Below are positions 1 to 9,190 of a DNA stretch of 64,000 nucleotides, piece after piece. The position numbers and the translations under genes were made by a program. The notes beneath the pieces are model-generated. The model was not told where the DNA came from. It ran no database searches and saw nothing but the letters and a program-made list of their open reading frames with translations. Each line of letters begins with the position of its first letter. Position 1 is the stretch's first letter. The stretch is taken from contig JBDGTD010000009.1 of assembly GCA_042217165.1 (NCBI GenBank), positions 4,077-68,076 on the forward strand, in the 5' to 3' direction. This DNA is from Haloferacaceae archaeon. Its GTDB lineage: Archaea; Halobacteriota; Halobacteria; Halobacteriales; Haloferacaceae.

Positions 1-473
1 AGTTCGCCCGCGACCTGGACCCCGGAGAGCCCCGCGCCGCCGACGACGACGCGGTCGTCCGCGTCGAGGCCGCGGAAGTCGGCGCGGATCTGGGCGGCGT
101 GTGCGACGCGCTTCAGCGGCGTCGCGTACTCCGCGACGCCCGAGAGCCCGTAAAACGCGGTTTCGGCGCCGAGACAGACGGCACAGACGTCGTAGTCGAG
201 CGACCCGTCCGCGAGGTGGACCGTCCGCGCGTCGCGGTCGACCGACTCGACCCGCGCGGTCACGACCTCGGCGCGAGAGAGCGCCTCGGTCAGAGGGACG
301 GTGACCGCATCCTCGAGGTCGGGACGACGAACCAGTCGGTGGAGTTCGTGCTGGACGAGGTGGTCCGGCGAGGCGTCGACGACGGTCAGGGCAACGTCGT
401 CGGACAGGTCGCGTTCGAGGCGGCGTGCGAGCGAGAGGCCGGCGTAACCCGCGCCGAGGACGAGTACGTTCAC
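1..473 (-). CDS. FAD-dependent pyridine nucleotide-disulfide oxidoreductase, type II NADH dehydrogenase-like (N-terminal part; gene runs off left edge)
   Basis: Own reverse-strand translation from GTG (complement of 471-473): MNVLVLGAGYAGLSLARRLERDLSDDVALTVVDASPDHLVQHELHRL...RVVVGGAGLSGVQVAGEL. It has two GxGxxG dinucleotide-binding motifs. Absent from the ORF track because it is truncated by the window edge. Confidence 0.75.
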   Translation of the reverse strand, partial: MNVLVLGAGYAGLSLARRLERDLSDDVALTVVDASPDHLVQHELHRLVRRPDLEDAVTVPLTEALSRAEVVTARVESVDRDARTVHLADGSLDYDVCAVCLGAETAFYGLSGVAEYATPLKRVAHAAQIRADFRGLDADDRVVVGGAGLSGVQVAGE

Positions 474-493
474 ACGAGTCCTAAAGGCGTGGG

Positions 494-1465
494 TTAGAAG
501 AGCGCCTCGCTCCCGGAGAGCAGTTCGGCGGGGCCGCCGACCTCCCAGACGGCCGTCTCGACGCCGCAGTCCGCGACCGCGGCGTCGACGCGCTCGACGT
601 GGTCGGCGGTCGTGTTGACGTACACCGACGCGCCGGTGTCGACGGAGAAGTAGGCGGGGACGCCCTCGTCGCGGAGCGCACGGACGGCGTTGAAGACGGC
701 GATGGTGCGGGGCTGCCAGTAGACCCAGCCGGCGGGCCCGGTCATCGTCGTCGCGGCGAGCGAGAGCGAGTCGTGTTCGGCGAGTTCGAACGCGCGGTCG
801 AACTCCGCGTCGTAGAGCGCGTCGCGTAGCTCCGCGATCTGTCCGTGGACGTGTGCGAGCCGGGCCTCGAACATGTGGCTGTCCGCGGCCTCGCGGTGGG
901 CCTGTTCTGTCTCTTTGTACTCGGGGACGAGCGCGGAGACGACCCGCAACTCGTCTTCCAGCGCCGTCTCGATCCGGTGGGAGCGACAGTCGCGGTCGTT
1001 CAGCCCCGCGTCGAGCTGGGAGAACGCGCCGGTGACCGCCCGGGCGGCCGAGGAGGAGCCGAGGCGAGCGATCGCGGATATCTCGGGGCGCGTGAGGTCG
1101 AGGCCGGCGGCCTCGCAGGCCGCGACGGCGGCGGCGGCGAAGCCCGACGAGGAGGAGCCAAAGCCGACGTTCGAGGGGAAGGAGTTCTCGGACTCCAGCC
1201 GAACGGGCGCGTCGCGGTCGGCGACCTCCCGGACGCGGTCGACGACCGTCCGGATTCGGTCGGCGGCGTGGCCCGCCAGTTCCTCCCCGCCGACGACGAA
1301 GGTGTCCGCGGCCGCGTCGGGCCGGAACTCGACGGTCGTCCGGGTGTGGCTCGGGGCGGTACAGACGCTGATCGAGTCGTGGTACGGGAGCCTGCGCTCC
1401 GGGTCGCGCATCCCGTGGTACTTCACGAGTCCCTGGATCGGGTGCGCCGTCGCCGTCGCCTTCAT
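494..1465 (-). CDS. mvaD: GHMP-family mevalonate-pathway decarboxylase (phospho-/diphosphomevalonate decarboxylase)
   Basis: Internal ATG of track ORF 494..2152. MKATATAHPIQGLVKYHGMRD...NSFPSNVGFGSSSSGFAAAAVA (GHMP ATP-binding loop), 323 aa; the upstream part of the track ORF is R/P-rich junk. Confidence 0.85.
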   Translation of the reverse strand: MKATATAHPIQGLVKYHGMRDPERRLPYHDSISVCTAPSHTRTTVEFRPDAAADTFVVGGEELAGHAADRIRTVVDRVREVADRDAPVRLESENSFPSNVGFGSSSSGFAAAAVAACEAAGLDLTRPEISAIARLGSSSAARAVTGAFSQLDAGLNDRDCRSHRIETALEDELRVVSALVPEYKETEQAHREAADSHMFEARLAHVHGQIAELRDALYDAEFDRAFELAEHDSLSLAATTMTGPAGWVYWQPRTIAVFNAVRALRDEGVPAYFSVDTGASVYVNTTADHVERVDAAVADCGVETAVWEVGGPAELLSGSEALF

Positions 1466-1519
1466 AGCCCTCTGCGCGCCCGTCGCGGGGTTCAACGTTC
1501 CGGTCGTCCTACGGCGTGT

Positions 1520-1921
1520 GTGCCCTCGACCAGCCTCGCACGGACGCCCGACGGCCGGCGGTGGGTGGTCGCGGAGCGGGTCGCCCGCCCGCCGAACGAG
1601 GCGTGGGACCGCCTCGTCGACACCGACGCGTGGCCCGAGTGGGGGCCGAGCGTCGCCGCCGTCGAGTGTGACGAGCGACGGATCGGCCCCGGCTCGACTG
1701 GCAGGGTGAGAGTCAGCGGCGTCGGCGTGTGGGTTCCGTTCGAGATAACGGACCTGTCGTGGGACGGCGCGGCCGGCCGGTGGACGTGGCGGATCTGGCG
1801 CCTGCCCGCGACGGGCCACGCCGTCGACCCCGTCGACGGTGGCTGTCGGGTCGCGTTCGAACTGCCGCTCGCCGCGGCGGCGTACGTCCCGGTCTGTCGG
1901 CGCGCGCTCGCACGGTTCTGA
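1520..1921 (+). CDS. SRPBCC (polyketide cyclase/START-like) family protein
   Basis: C-terminal part of track ORF 845..1921, after the decarboxylase on the other strand ends. GTG at 1520 gives MPSTSLARTPDGRRWVVAERVARPPNEAWDRLVDTDAWPEWGPSV...; the start is uncertain. Confidence 0.55.
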   Translation: MPSTSLARTPDGRRWVVAERVARPPNEAWDRLVDTDAWPEWGPSVAAVECDERRIGPGSTGRVRVSGVGVWVPFEITDLSWDGAAGRWTWRIWRLPATGHAVDPVDGGCRVAFELPLAAAAYVPVCRRALARF

Positions 1922-2024
1922 GGCCGCAGACTCGTCCCGTGCCGGTCCGTTTTTGCCCGTCGCCGCCCTCGCTCCGCCGATGACGGGTATCTGCGGACGG
2001 AACGCGGCTTCGGGGGGGTCGTAG

Positions 2025-2489
2025 GTGTACACCGGCCGGACCGAACAGCCGTGCTGTCTCTGTGGTTCGCCCGAGACGGCGGCACGTATCGACGTGCCGC
2101 CCCGGGCAGTCGGCCTGATGAAGAACTCGGGACCGATCGCCGTCGCCGACATCGTCGGGCCGGCCTCGGTTCACTTCTGCGAGAGCGACTGGGCGCTCGT
2201 GCGAGACCTCACGGTCGACCTGGGCGGCAACCCGCTCTCGCGGTGTAACGCCGCGCGCGCCTCGTTCGACCTCCGGGACGACTACGAGGCGCTGACGAAC
2301 GCGACGAAAGAGCCGGACCAGGCGGGCGTCGAGGCGCGGATGCGCGAGGAGGCAGCGGCGGTGCTGGCGAGCCGCGACGACCCGGCCACGGAGGACCGCG
2401 CGGTGGTCGAGGCGCTGGTCGTCCGCCGGTCGCTCGCGGAACTCGACGCGGACGGCGCGGACGACGCGGCCGGCGCGAACGCCCGTTAG
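2025..2489 (+). CDS. conserved hypothetical acidic protein with N-terminal CxxC
   Basis: 154-aa ORF with halophile-like acidic composition (DLRDDYEALTNATKEPDQAGVEARMREE...) and no competing plausible frame. Confidence 0.55.
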   Translation: MYTGRTEQPCCLCGSPETAARIDVPPRAVGLMKNSGPIAVADIVGPASVHFCESDWALVRDLTVDLGGNPLSRCNAARASFDLRDDYEALTNATKEPDQAGVEARMREEAAAVLASRDDPATEDRAVVEALVVRRSLAELDADGADDAAGANAR

Positions 2490-2707
2490 GACCACACCAT
2501 CCGGCCGAGTTTCGACCCGCCGAGCGTCAGCACGATGATGCCGACGACGAACGCGCCGGCCGCGGCGAGGAGTGGCTGGGGGTCGAGCGCCTGGCCGCCG
2601 AGGAAGGGGCCACGAACGACGAGAAAGCCGGTGACCCCGGTGACGACCGCGCCGAGAAGCGTCAGCCCACCCCAGATCAGGAGGCGGGCCGTCCAGACCG
2701 GGTTCAT
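2486..2707 (-). CDS. small two-helix membrane protein
   Basis: 73 aa, two hydrophobic segments (LLIWGGLTLLGAVVTGVTGFLVV; LLAAAGAFVVGIIVLTLGG). Its start overlaps the acylphosphatase stop by 4 nt. Confidence 0.55.
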   Translation of the reverse strand: MNPVWTARLLIWGGLTLLGAVVTGVTGFLVVRGPFLGGQALDPQPLLAAAGAFVVGIIVLTLGGSKLGRMVWS

Positions 2708-3009
2708 CGCCGAACCGCGAACCCCTCGACGCCCTCCGGCGGTTCGGCCTCGACGGCCACGTCGTCCACGCGGGCGGCTCGACTCCCCTCGTGACAGAAC
2801 TCGACCATCGCCGAAACGGCGTCGGGCGGCCCCTCGAAGACCGCTTCGACCCGCCCATCGTCGAGGTTGCGCACCCAGCCGTCGACGCCGTGCTGGTCGG
2901 CGTGGCGCCGCGTCGTGGCCCGGAAGCCGACACCCTGTACGCGTCCGGTCACGAAGACGTGGCGCCGCTGGCGCTCGCCGTCGTCGGGGGCACTCTCCGC
3001 GTCGTCCAT
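2704..3009 (-). CDS. acyP: acylphosphatase
   Basis: Last 101 codons of track ORF 2704..5388. VFVTGRVQGVGFRATTRRHADQHGVDGWVRNLDDGRVEAVFEG is the acylphosphatase signature; ATG at complement of 3007-3009. Confidence 0.85.
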   Translation of the reverse strand: MDDAESAPDDGERQRRHVFVTGRVQGVGFRATTRRHADQHGVDGWVRNLDDGRVEAVFEGPPDAVSAMVEFCHEGSRAARVDDVAVEAEPPEGVEGFAVRR

Positions 3010-3132
3010 AGTCGGTGATCTGTCCTCCCCACTCAAAACCGTTCCCGACCGTCGTTCGAGACGTTCGCCGCCCCGCGCTGCCGTGTCGGGCACGGCCGAC
3101 AGTATAAGTCCGCGGCCCGCGGCCGGGAGAGT

Positions 3133-4476
3133 ATGGAGCTGTTCGGAACGGCTGGCATCCGCGGCGGGGTCGACCGGGTGCGGCCGGAGCTTGCAGTCCG
3201 GGTCGGACGCGCCGCCGCCCGCGCTGCCGACGGGGCGACCTTCGTCGTCGGGCGCGACGGCCGGACGACGGGCGACGGCCTCGCCGCGGCGGTCACCGCC
3301 GGACTCACGGCCGGTGGGTCGGCCGTCCGGCGGGTCGGGGTCGTGCCCACCCCGGCGCTCGCCTACGCCTCGCGCGGCCGCCACGGCGTGATGGTCACGG
3401 CGTCGCACAATCCGCCGGGCGACAACGGGCTCAAGCTGTTCGCCGACGGCGTCGAGTACGACGCCGCGGCCGAGGAGCGGGTGGCCGCGGGCGTCGAGGA
3501 CGACGCGCAGGCGGACTGGGCGGCGTGGGGCGCGGTCGGCCACGAGGAGACGCTCGACGACTACCGCGCGGGCGTCGTCGAGTACGCCCGGGGCCACGGG
3601 GCGCCGCTCGATGGCCTGCGGGTCGTAGCCGACTGCGGGAACGGCGTCGCCGCGCACGCGACGCCGGGGGTCCTCCGGGAACTCGGCGCTCGGGTCGTCA
3701 CGCTCAACGCGACCGTCGACGGCCACTTCCCCGGTCGGGCGTCGAAGCCGACCCGCGAGTCGCTCGGAGACCTCCGGGCGTTTCTCGCGGACGACGAGGC
3801 GACGCTCGGGGTCGCCCACGACGGCGACGCCGACCGGATCGTCGTGCTCGACGGCGAGGGCGAGGTCGTGGACCGAAACACCGTCCTCGCGATACTGGCA
3901 GACCACTACGTCCGGGCGGGCGAGGCGGACGACCCCGTGGTCGTCACGACGCCCGACGCCTCGGCACGGATCGACGAGCGCGTCGCGGCCGCGGGCGGCC
4001 GGGTCGAGCGCGCCCGTCTCGGCGCGATCCACGAGGGGGCCGCCGAGAGCGACGGCGACGTCGTCTTCGCCGCGGAGCCGTGGAAACATCTCCACCCGGC
4101 GTGGGGCGGGTGGATCGACGGCGTGGCGAGCGCCGCCGTGGTCGCGAGGCTCGTCGCCGAGTCGGGGCTCGCGGCCCTCCGGGCGCCGGTCACGGAGCGG
4201 CCCTACCGGAAGCTCTCGGTGGACTGTCCGGACGACCTGAAAGCGTCCGTGATGGCCGACCTGCGGGAGCGGCTGCCAGACGCCTTCTCGGAGGCGGAGG
4301 CGACGTTCGACCACGGGATCAGGCTCGACCGCCCGGACGGGTCCTGGGTCCTGGTCCGGCCGAGCGGCACCGAGCCGAAGGTGCGGGTGTACGTCGAGAG
4401 CGAGGAGATAGAGGCGCTCGCGGAGCGCGCGACGAGACTGGTCGGGGGCGCGGTCGAGCGAGCGACAGACAGATAA
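3133..4476 (+). CDS. phosphohexomutase family (phosphoglucosamine mutase / phosphomannomutase)
   Basis: MELFGTAGIRG..., active-site loop VMVTASHNPPGDNGLK, metal loop GVAHDGDADR; 447 aa. Confidence 0.85.
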   Translation: MELFGTAGIRGGVDRVRPELAVRVGRAAARAADGATFVVGRDGRTTGDGLAAAVTAGLTAGGSAVRRVGVVPTPALAYASRGRHGVMVTASHNPPGDNGLKLFADGVEYDAAAEERVAAGVEDDAQADWAAWGAVGHEETLDDYRAGVVEYARGHGAPLDGLRVVADCGNGVAAHATPGVLRELGARVVTLNATVDGHFPGRASKPTRESLGDLRAFLADDEATLGVAHDGDADRIVVLDGEGEVVDRNTVLAILADHYVRAGEADDPVVVTTPDASARIDERVAAAGGRVERARLGAIHEGAAESDGDVVFAAEPWKHLHPAWGGWIDGVASAAVVARLVAESGLAALRAPVTERPYRKLSVDCPDDLKASVMADLRERLPDAFSEAEATFDHGIRLDRPDGSWVLVRPSGTEPKVRVYVESEEIEALAERATRLVGGAVERATDR

Positions 4477-4509
4477 AGAGTTTTGCGCGCCCGGCAGAGA
4501 CCGAGAACT

Positions 4510-5877
4510 GTGACCACACACGCCTCCGACGTCGTCGTCGTCGGCGCGGGGACGGCAGGCTGTTACGCCGCCGCGGCCGCCGCCGACGCGGGACTGGACG
4601 TCGTCGTCGTCGACCGCAAGAGCGCCGAGGAGGCCGGCCATATCGCCTGCGGCGACGCGCTGAAAGGCGCCGACGCGTTCCCGGCGTCGATTCCGAAGTC
4701 GACCATCCAGCCGGCGTTCACGAACACCGGCGTCGACCACGGGCGGTTCGAGATCCCGAGCGAGGACACGGTACTCGAGATTCCCGTCCCGGGCGAACTC
4801 GCCGTCATCGACCGCCACGAGTTCGGCCGGCAGATCATCGCCGGCGCCGAGACCGCGGGCGCGACGTTTCACTACGACACGGTCGTTCGGGACGTGCGAC
4901 AGACCGACGACGGGACCGTCGTCGGCGTCGACGCCGTCCGGGATGGCGACCCCGTCACCTACGAAGCCGACGTGACCGTCGACGCCGCGGGCGCGCTCTC
5001 GGTCCTCCAGGACGTCGCCGACCTCGCGGACGCCACCTTCGACACCAACGTCCGCTACTCGCAGTTCTGTTCTGCCTACCGCGAGATAGTCGAGGTGGAG
5101 GAGCCGGTCGAGTGGTCGGACGCCCTCGTGTTCAAGCCGACCGAACGCGCGGCGGGCTACCTCTGGTATTTCCCGCGGACCGAGACGACGATCAACGCGG
5201 GGCTGGGGTTCCAGATGACCGAGGAGCCGATGCATCTCGTCGAGGACCTGAAACGGGACCTGCGCACCCGCCCCGAGTTCGAGGGGGCCGAGGTGCGCGA
5301 CAAACTCGGGGCGGCGCTCCCGACCCGCCGGCCGTACGACTCGGCGGTCGCGCCGGGGTTCGTCGCCGTCGGCGACGCCGCGGGCCACGTCAACCCGACG
5401 ACCGGCGGTGGGATCGCGGGCGCGGCCTACGCCGGCCAGTTCGCGGCCGAGGAGGCCGTTCGCGCGGTGGGCGAGGGCGACGTGAGCGAGGCGAACCTCT
5501 GGCGCTACAACGAGCGCGTGATGGAGAAGTTCGGCGCGCGCTACGCCGGCCTCGACGTCTACAACGTCCTCTCGACGGCCGTGGAGGTGGACGACCTGAT
5601 GGGCCTGCTCGCGGCGCTGCCGGGCGAGAAGATCGCAGAGTCGCTGTACGGCGAGGCGACGTTCGGTCTGAAACTAAAGGCACGGGTGGCACTCAAGAGC
5701 CTGGAGTACTGGGAGACGGTACTCGAGTTCTACCGCGCGAAGCGCCTCTCCGACCGACTGGTCGACCAGTACGACCGGTACCCGGGCCGTCCGGGCGCGC
5801 TGGGCGGGTGGCAGGCCGCGCGCGACGACCTGATGGAGCAGGTGTACGACGCGGTGGGCGCGGAGCCGAAGTACTGA
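4510..5877 (+). CDS. geranylgeranyl reductase family FAD-dependent oxidoreductase
   Basis: DVVVVGAGTAGCYAAAAAADAGLDVVVVDRK (FAD Rossmann) followed by ACGDAL. GTG at 4510 is preferred over the TTG at 4483. Confidence 0.8.
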   Translation: MTTHASDVVVVGAGTAGCYAAAAAADAGLDVVVVDRKSAEEAGHIACGDALKGADAFPASIPKSTIQPAFTNTGVDHGRFEIPSEDTVLEIPVPGELAVIDRHEFGRQIIAGAETAGATFHYDTVVRDVRQTDDGTVVGVDAVRDGDPVTYEADVTVDAAGALSVLQDVADLADATFDTNVRYSQFCSAYREIVEVEEPVEWSDALVFKPTERAAGYLWYFPRTETTINAGLGFQMTEEPMHLVEDLKRDLRTRPEFEGAEVRDKLGAALPTRRPYDSAVAPGFVAVGDAAGHVNPTTGGGIAGAAYAGQFAAEEAVRAVGEGDVSEANLWRYNERVMEKFGARYAGLDVYNVLSTAVEVDDLMGLLAALPGEKIAESLYGEATFGLKLKARVALKSLEYWETVLEFYRAKRLSDRLVDQYDRYPGRPGALGGWQAARDDLMEQVYDAVGAEPKY

Positions 5878-5886
5878 GCCGCCGCG

Positions 5887-6297
5887 TCAGACCCCGAAGT
5901 TCGTCGCGCCGTCTTCCGGGATATCCACGCGGTCCGACCGGAAGTACCCGCGCGTGTACACGAGGATGATCGCCGCCGTCAGGTGGAGGCCGATCGTCCC
6001 GAGGGCCATCACGTCGAACGCCGTCGCGTTGTACGCCTCGGTGATCGCGAGGATCACGAACGTCAGGACAGCGACCTTTCTGACGACAGGTTTCGGTGTG
6101 AACAGGAGCACCGCGAGGGCGAACAGCGCCATCCCGATGACCCCGGCGTTGACTGCGAGGAGGAGGCCGGTGAACTCGAGCGAGGCGTCGTTCAGCCGGA
6201 GTACGGCCCTGTAGACCGCAGCGCCTCCCCACGTCACGGCCCACGTCGCGACGAGTAGCAGTCTGAACGGCACCTCGTCCAGCGAGGACGTCTTCAT
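5887..6297 (-). CDS. integral membrane protein (4 predicted helices), unknown function
   Basis: Hydrophobic 136-aa ORF from ATG (MKTSSLDEVPFRLLLVATWAV...). An AT-rich promoter-like spacer lies immediately upstream. Confidence 0.6.
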   Translation of the reverse strand: MKTSSLDEVPFRLLLVATWAVTWGGAAVYRAVLRLNDASLEFTGLLLAVNAGVIGMALFALAVLLFTPKPVVRKVAVLTFVILAITEAYNATAFDVMALGTIGLHLTAAIILVYTRGYFRSDRVDIPEDGATNFGV

Positions 6298-6303
6298 ACA
6301 CAA

Positions 6304-6368
6304 CAGAAGTCTCTCACTGGAGGATAAATATTATCATCTAAATTTAATAATCCGAGTATAAAAATGTC
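6304..6368 (-). promoter_or_regulatory. unusually AT-rich spacer with TATA-like tracts (promoter of 5887-6297 and 3' end of the amidohydrolase gene)
   Basis: ggataaatattatcatctaaatttaataatccgagtataaaaatg in an otherwise GC-rich window. On the minus strand AATATTTATCC lies about 25-30 nt upstream of the ATG. Confidence 0.4.
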
Positions 6369-7640
6369 TCACGAACCGACATGGACGGCGCAGATCGCGC
6401 GCGTCAACAGCTCGACAGCGACGGGGAGCGTCGCCTCCTCGACGTCGAACCGCGGCGTGTGGTGGCCGCCGGGGTGGTCGGTCCCGACGGCGACGTAGGT
6501 CGCGCGGCCGCCGTGTTCCTGGACGCGGCGCATCAGGTAGGTCGCGTCCTCGCTCCCGCCGAGGTCGTCCGCGTCGAGGACGCTCGTCACGCCGTCGGTC
6601 GCGCGCGCGGCGTCGGCGACGAGGGCCGCGAGTCCGGGGTCGCTCTCGGCACTCGGGGCACGAGACCCGCGCGTGATCTCGACCTCGCAGTCGTGCATCT
6701 CGGCCGCGGCGCGGACGACCCGCTCCGCGTGGTCGTCGACGTACTCCATCAGTTCGGTCGTCTCGCCGCGGAGTTCCCCGACGATGCGGGCGCTCTCGGG
6801 GATCACGTTGTTCGCCGTCCCGCCCTCGACCCGGCCGGCGTTGACCCGGGTCGCGCCGTCGCCGTGTCTCGGGATCGCGTGGAGGTTCGTCACCGCCGTC
6901 GCCATCGCCTGGACGGCGTGGCGGCCGCGCTCCGGGTGACCGCCGGCGTGGGCCGACTGGCCGGAGAACTCGGCCTCGAAGTCCTGGACCGCGAGGAAGC
7001 CGTCGACGCCCGCCACCACCTCGCCGGTCGGGTGGTCGAGGCCGACGTGGACGGCGAAGAGGGCGTCGACGCCGTCGAGGTGGCCGCTCCGCGCGACGGG
7101 GGCGCCGCCGCCGACCACCTCCTCGGCCGGCTGGAACAGCACCTTCAGCGTGCCCGCGAACGCGGAGTCGAGAATCGCGTCGACCACGCCGACGCCGACC
7201 GCCGCGTGGGCGTCGTGCCCGCAGGCGTGCATATACCCCTCGTTCTCGGACCGAAACCCCTCGCGTGCCGGGACGTGGTCGTCGTCCTCGGCCTCGGTCA
7301 CCGGCAAGGCGTCGATGTCGACGCGGAGGGCGACGACGGGACCCTCGCCGCGTTCGACCACCGCGAGCAGCCCCGTAGCCCCGCCGTCGAGTCGGTCGAG
7401 GACGTCCGCGCGGGCGCCGGCCGCCTCCGCCCGGTCGCGCCAGCGAGCGAGTTCCGGATCGTCCGGGACGCCCGACCGCTCGCCGCCGAGGATCTCCGGG
7501 CCGACGTAGAGGGCGTCGAGCGGTCGTCGCTCCAGCTCGTCGACGAGTCGGGCGGTGGTGTAGAACTCGCGCCACGCGGGTTCGGGGTGACGGTGGAGGT
7601 CGCGCCGGAGCGCAGACAGGGCGTCGGGATCGACGGTCAT
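6369..7640 (-). CDS. M20/M25/M40 family amidohydrolase (N-acyl-amino-acid amidohydrolase-like)
   Basis: Internal ATG (MTVDPDALSALRRDLHRHPEPAWREF...). Motifs HACGHDAH and FQPAEE; 423 aa. Confidence 0.85.
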   Translation of the reverse strand: MTVDPDALSALRRDLHRHPEPAWREFYTTARLVDELERRPLDALYVGPEILGGERSGVPDDPELARWRDRAEAAGARADVLDRLDGGATGLLAVVERGEGPVVALRVDIDALPVTEAEDDDHVPAREGFRSENEGYMHACGHDAHAAVGVGVVDAILDSAFAGTLKVLFQPAEEVVGGGAPVARSGHLDGVDALFAVHVGLDHPTGEVVAGVDGFLAVQDFEAEFSGQSAHAGGHPERGRHAVQAMATAVTNLHAIPRHGDGATRVNAGRVEGGTANNVIPESARIVGELRGETTELMEYVDDHAERVVRAAAEMHDCEVEITRGSRAPSAESDPGLAALVADAARATDGVTSVLDADDLGGSEDATYLMRRVQEHGGRATYVAVGTDHPGGHHTPRFDVEEATLPVAVELLTRAICAVHVGS

Positions 7641-7681
7641 GCCCGGAGGTGGGCGCGGGGACACAAAGCGGCGTCGGCGGC

Positions 7682-8047
7682 CTACGAGCCGACGGGGGAC
7701 CGCTGCTCGACCTCGATCTCGACCCGGACCGACTCCGGGAACGACATGAGTCCGACCTCGCGGGCGATACGGTCGCTGCCGTGGATCTCCATCCGGCGCG
7801 AGTAGACGGTGTAGCGCCACGGGTCGTACAGCGCGTCGCCGGCGGCCAGGTCGCGGTGCTGGGGGACGGTGTAGTCAGTCGGCGGGTCGGAGTGGGGGCC
7901 CTTGCACTCGACGCCCTTGCGCTCCAGCAGCCGCTTCAGGTCGTCGACGACCTCGTCGAGCGCCGGTCGGTCTCCGCTCCGGAACCGGAGCTTCGTGACG
8001 AAGGTCACAGACGTATCCTCGCGGCCGGAGACAAAAACCCACGCCAT
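7682..8047 (-). CDS. ribosomal protein uS10-like paralogue / conserved hypothetical
   Basis: Last 121 codons of track ORF 7682..10039: MAWVFVSGREDTSVTFVTKLRFRSGDRPALDEVVDDLKRLLERKGVECKGPH...RRMEIHGSDRIAREV. The S10-like fold resemblance rests on recollection only. Confidence 0.55.
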   Translation of the reverse strand: MAWVFVSGREDTSVTFVTKLRFRSGDRPALDEVVDDLKRLLERKGVECKGPHSDPPTDYTVPQHRDLAAGDALYDPWRYTVYSRRMEIHGSDRIAREVGLMSFPESVRVEIEVEQRSPVGS

Positions 8048-8104
8048 CCGCGCGGCGGCCGCCGGGCGACATTCTGATAACCCGGGGCCGTCTACGGGCC
8101 GTAG

Positions 8105-8566
8105 ATGACGGTCGAGGCGACGAGCGCCGGGGCGATCCTCTTTCGGGATACCCGGGGTCGCCGGGAGTACTTGCTCCTCAAGAGCCGCCCGGGGGACTGG
8201 GAGTTCCCCAAGGGCGGCGTCGAGGGGGACGAAGAGCTTCAGCAGACGGCGATCCGCGAGGTCAAAGAGGAAGCGGGCATCGAGGACTTCAGGCTGATCG
8301 ACGGCTTCCGCGAGGAGTACGACTACGTGTTCGAGGCAGGCGGGAAGACGATCCACAAGACGGTCCACCTGTTCATCGCGCGGTCGTTCGAGGCGAGCGC
8401 CGAACTCTCCTCCGAACACCGCGACATGCAGTGGCGCGACTACGAGCAGGCGCTGAACACGATCACACAGGACGGCCCGCGCGACATCTTCGAGCGGGCC
8501 CACGACTACCTCGACGACCTCGCGGTCGACCCCGAGGACGAGGAGGGCAGACGCTACGTCGTCTGA
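8105..8566 (+). CDS. NUDIX hydrolase
   Basis: Complete Nudix box GGVEGDEELQQTAIREVKEEAGI; 153 aa. Confidence 0.85.
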   Translation: MTVEATSAGAILFRDTRGRREYLLLKSRPGDWEFPKGGVEGDEELQQTAIREVKEEAGIEDFRLIDGFREEYDYVFEAGGKTIHKTVHLFIARSFEASAELSSEHRDMQWRDYEQALNTITQDGPRDIFERAHDYLDDLAVDPEDEEGRRYVV

Positions 8567-8571
8567 TCCGG

Positions 8572-9138
8572 TCAGCCGAGCAGGTAGCGCAGCCGCGGGT
8601 GACGCTCGACCAGATCCGTCTCCTCTACGACCCCGTCCACCCCGAGGACGCGGCCCGCGCCGAACGCGCCGAGGCCGAACAGGAGAACGGCGTAGACGAC
8701 GTGGCTGTCCACCACGACAGCGTGTGCGAGCGGCAGGCTGCTCGCCCAGTAGAACGCCATCATCACGGCGCCCCAGAGCGCCGCCCACCGGACGGCGGCG
8801 CCGAGCAGCAGTGCCGCCCCGACGAGGGTCAGCCCCCACGCGTTCAGGGGGTCGACGACCGCGAGGTAGCCGGGTCGGGCGAGCGTCGCCCAGAGCCCAC
8901 CGAACGGGTTCGCCGCGGGGACGTTCGTCAGGTAGCCCCGGGCCGTCCACGACGGATCGAGTACCTTCGTGATCCCCGCGTGGAAGAACACCCAGCCCAT
9001 GACGAGGCGGAGTCCCAGGAGGGCGTACCCGGTCGTGGAACGACTCTGTGCCAGTTCCGTCCGGTCGCCGAGCAGGCTCTCCTCGGCGTCGTCGTCTCGT
9101 ACTGCCATGCGCCGGAGACTCGGGGCGTGAGTCACCAA
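8572..9138 (-). CDS. DoxX-like membrane protein
   Basis: Four hydrophobic helices (LLGLRLVMGWVFFHAGITKV...), typical of the DoxX family. The start may be the internal ATG (MAVRDDD). Confidence 0.65.
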   Translation of the reverse strand: MVTHAPSLRRMAVRDDDAEESLLGDRTELAQSRSTTGYALLGLRLVMGWVFFHAGITKVLDPSWTARGYLTNVPAANPFGGLWATLARPGYLAVVDPLNAWGLTLVGAALLLGAAVRWAALWGAVMMAFYWASSLPLAHAVVVDSHVVYAVLLFGLGAFGAGRVLGVDGVVEETDLVERHPRLRYLLG

Positions 9139-9190
9139 CGTCCGTCGCCGTAGTCGTGAGGGAGTTCAAGCCGCCCGAACGACTAACCGC

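Noticed and set aside
3525-5969. 814-aa ORF, and similar very long ORFs (2704..5388 upstream part, 7682..10039 upstream part, 9183..10796, 11005..13146, 20095..22662, 22694..24229, 23889..25775, 26407..28614, 32725..35190, 48266..51115, 56042..57679).
   Set aside because: Their products are extreme R/P/G/A-rich low-complexity sequence. They overlap genes with clear family motifs on another frame or strand. These are typical shadow ORFs of stop-poor GC-rich DNA and not coding.
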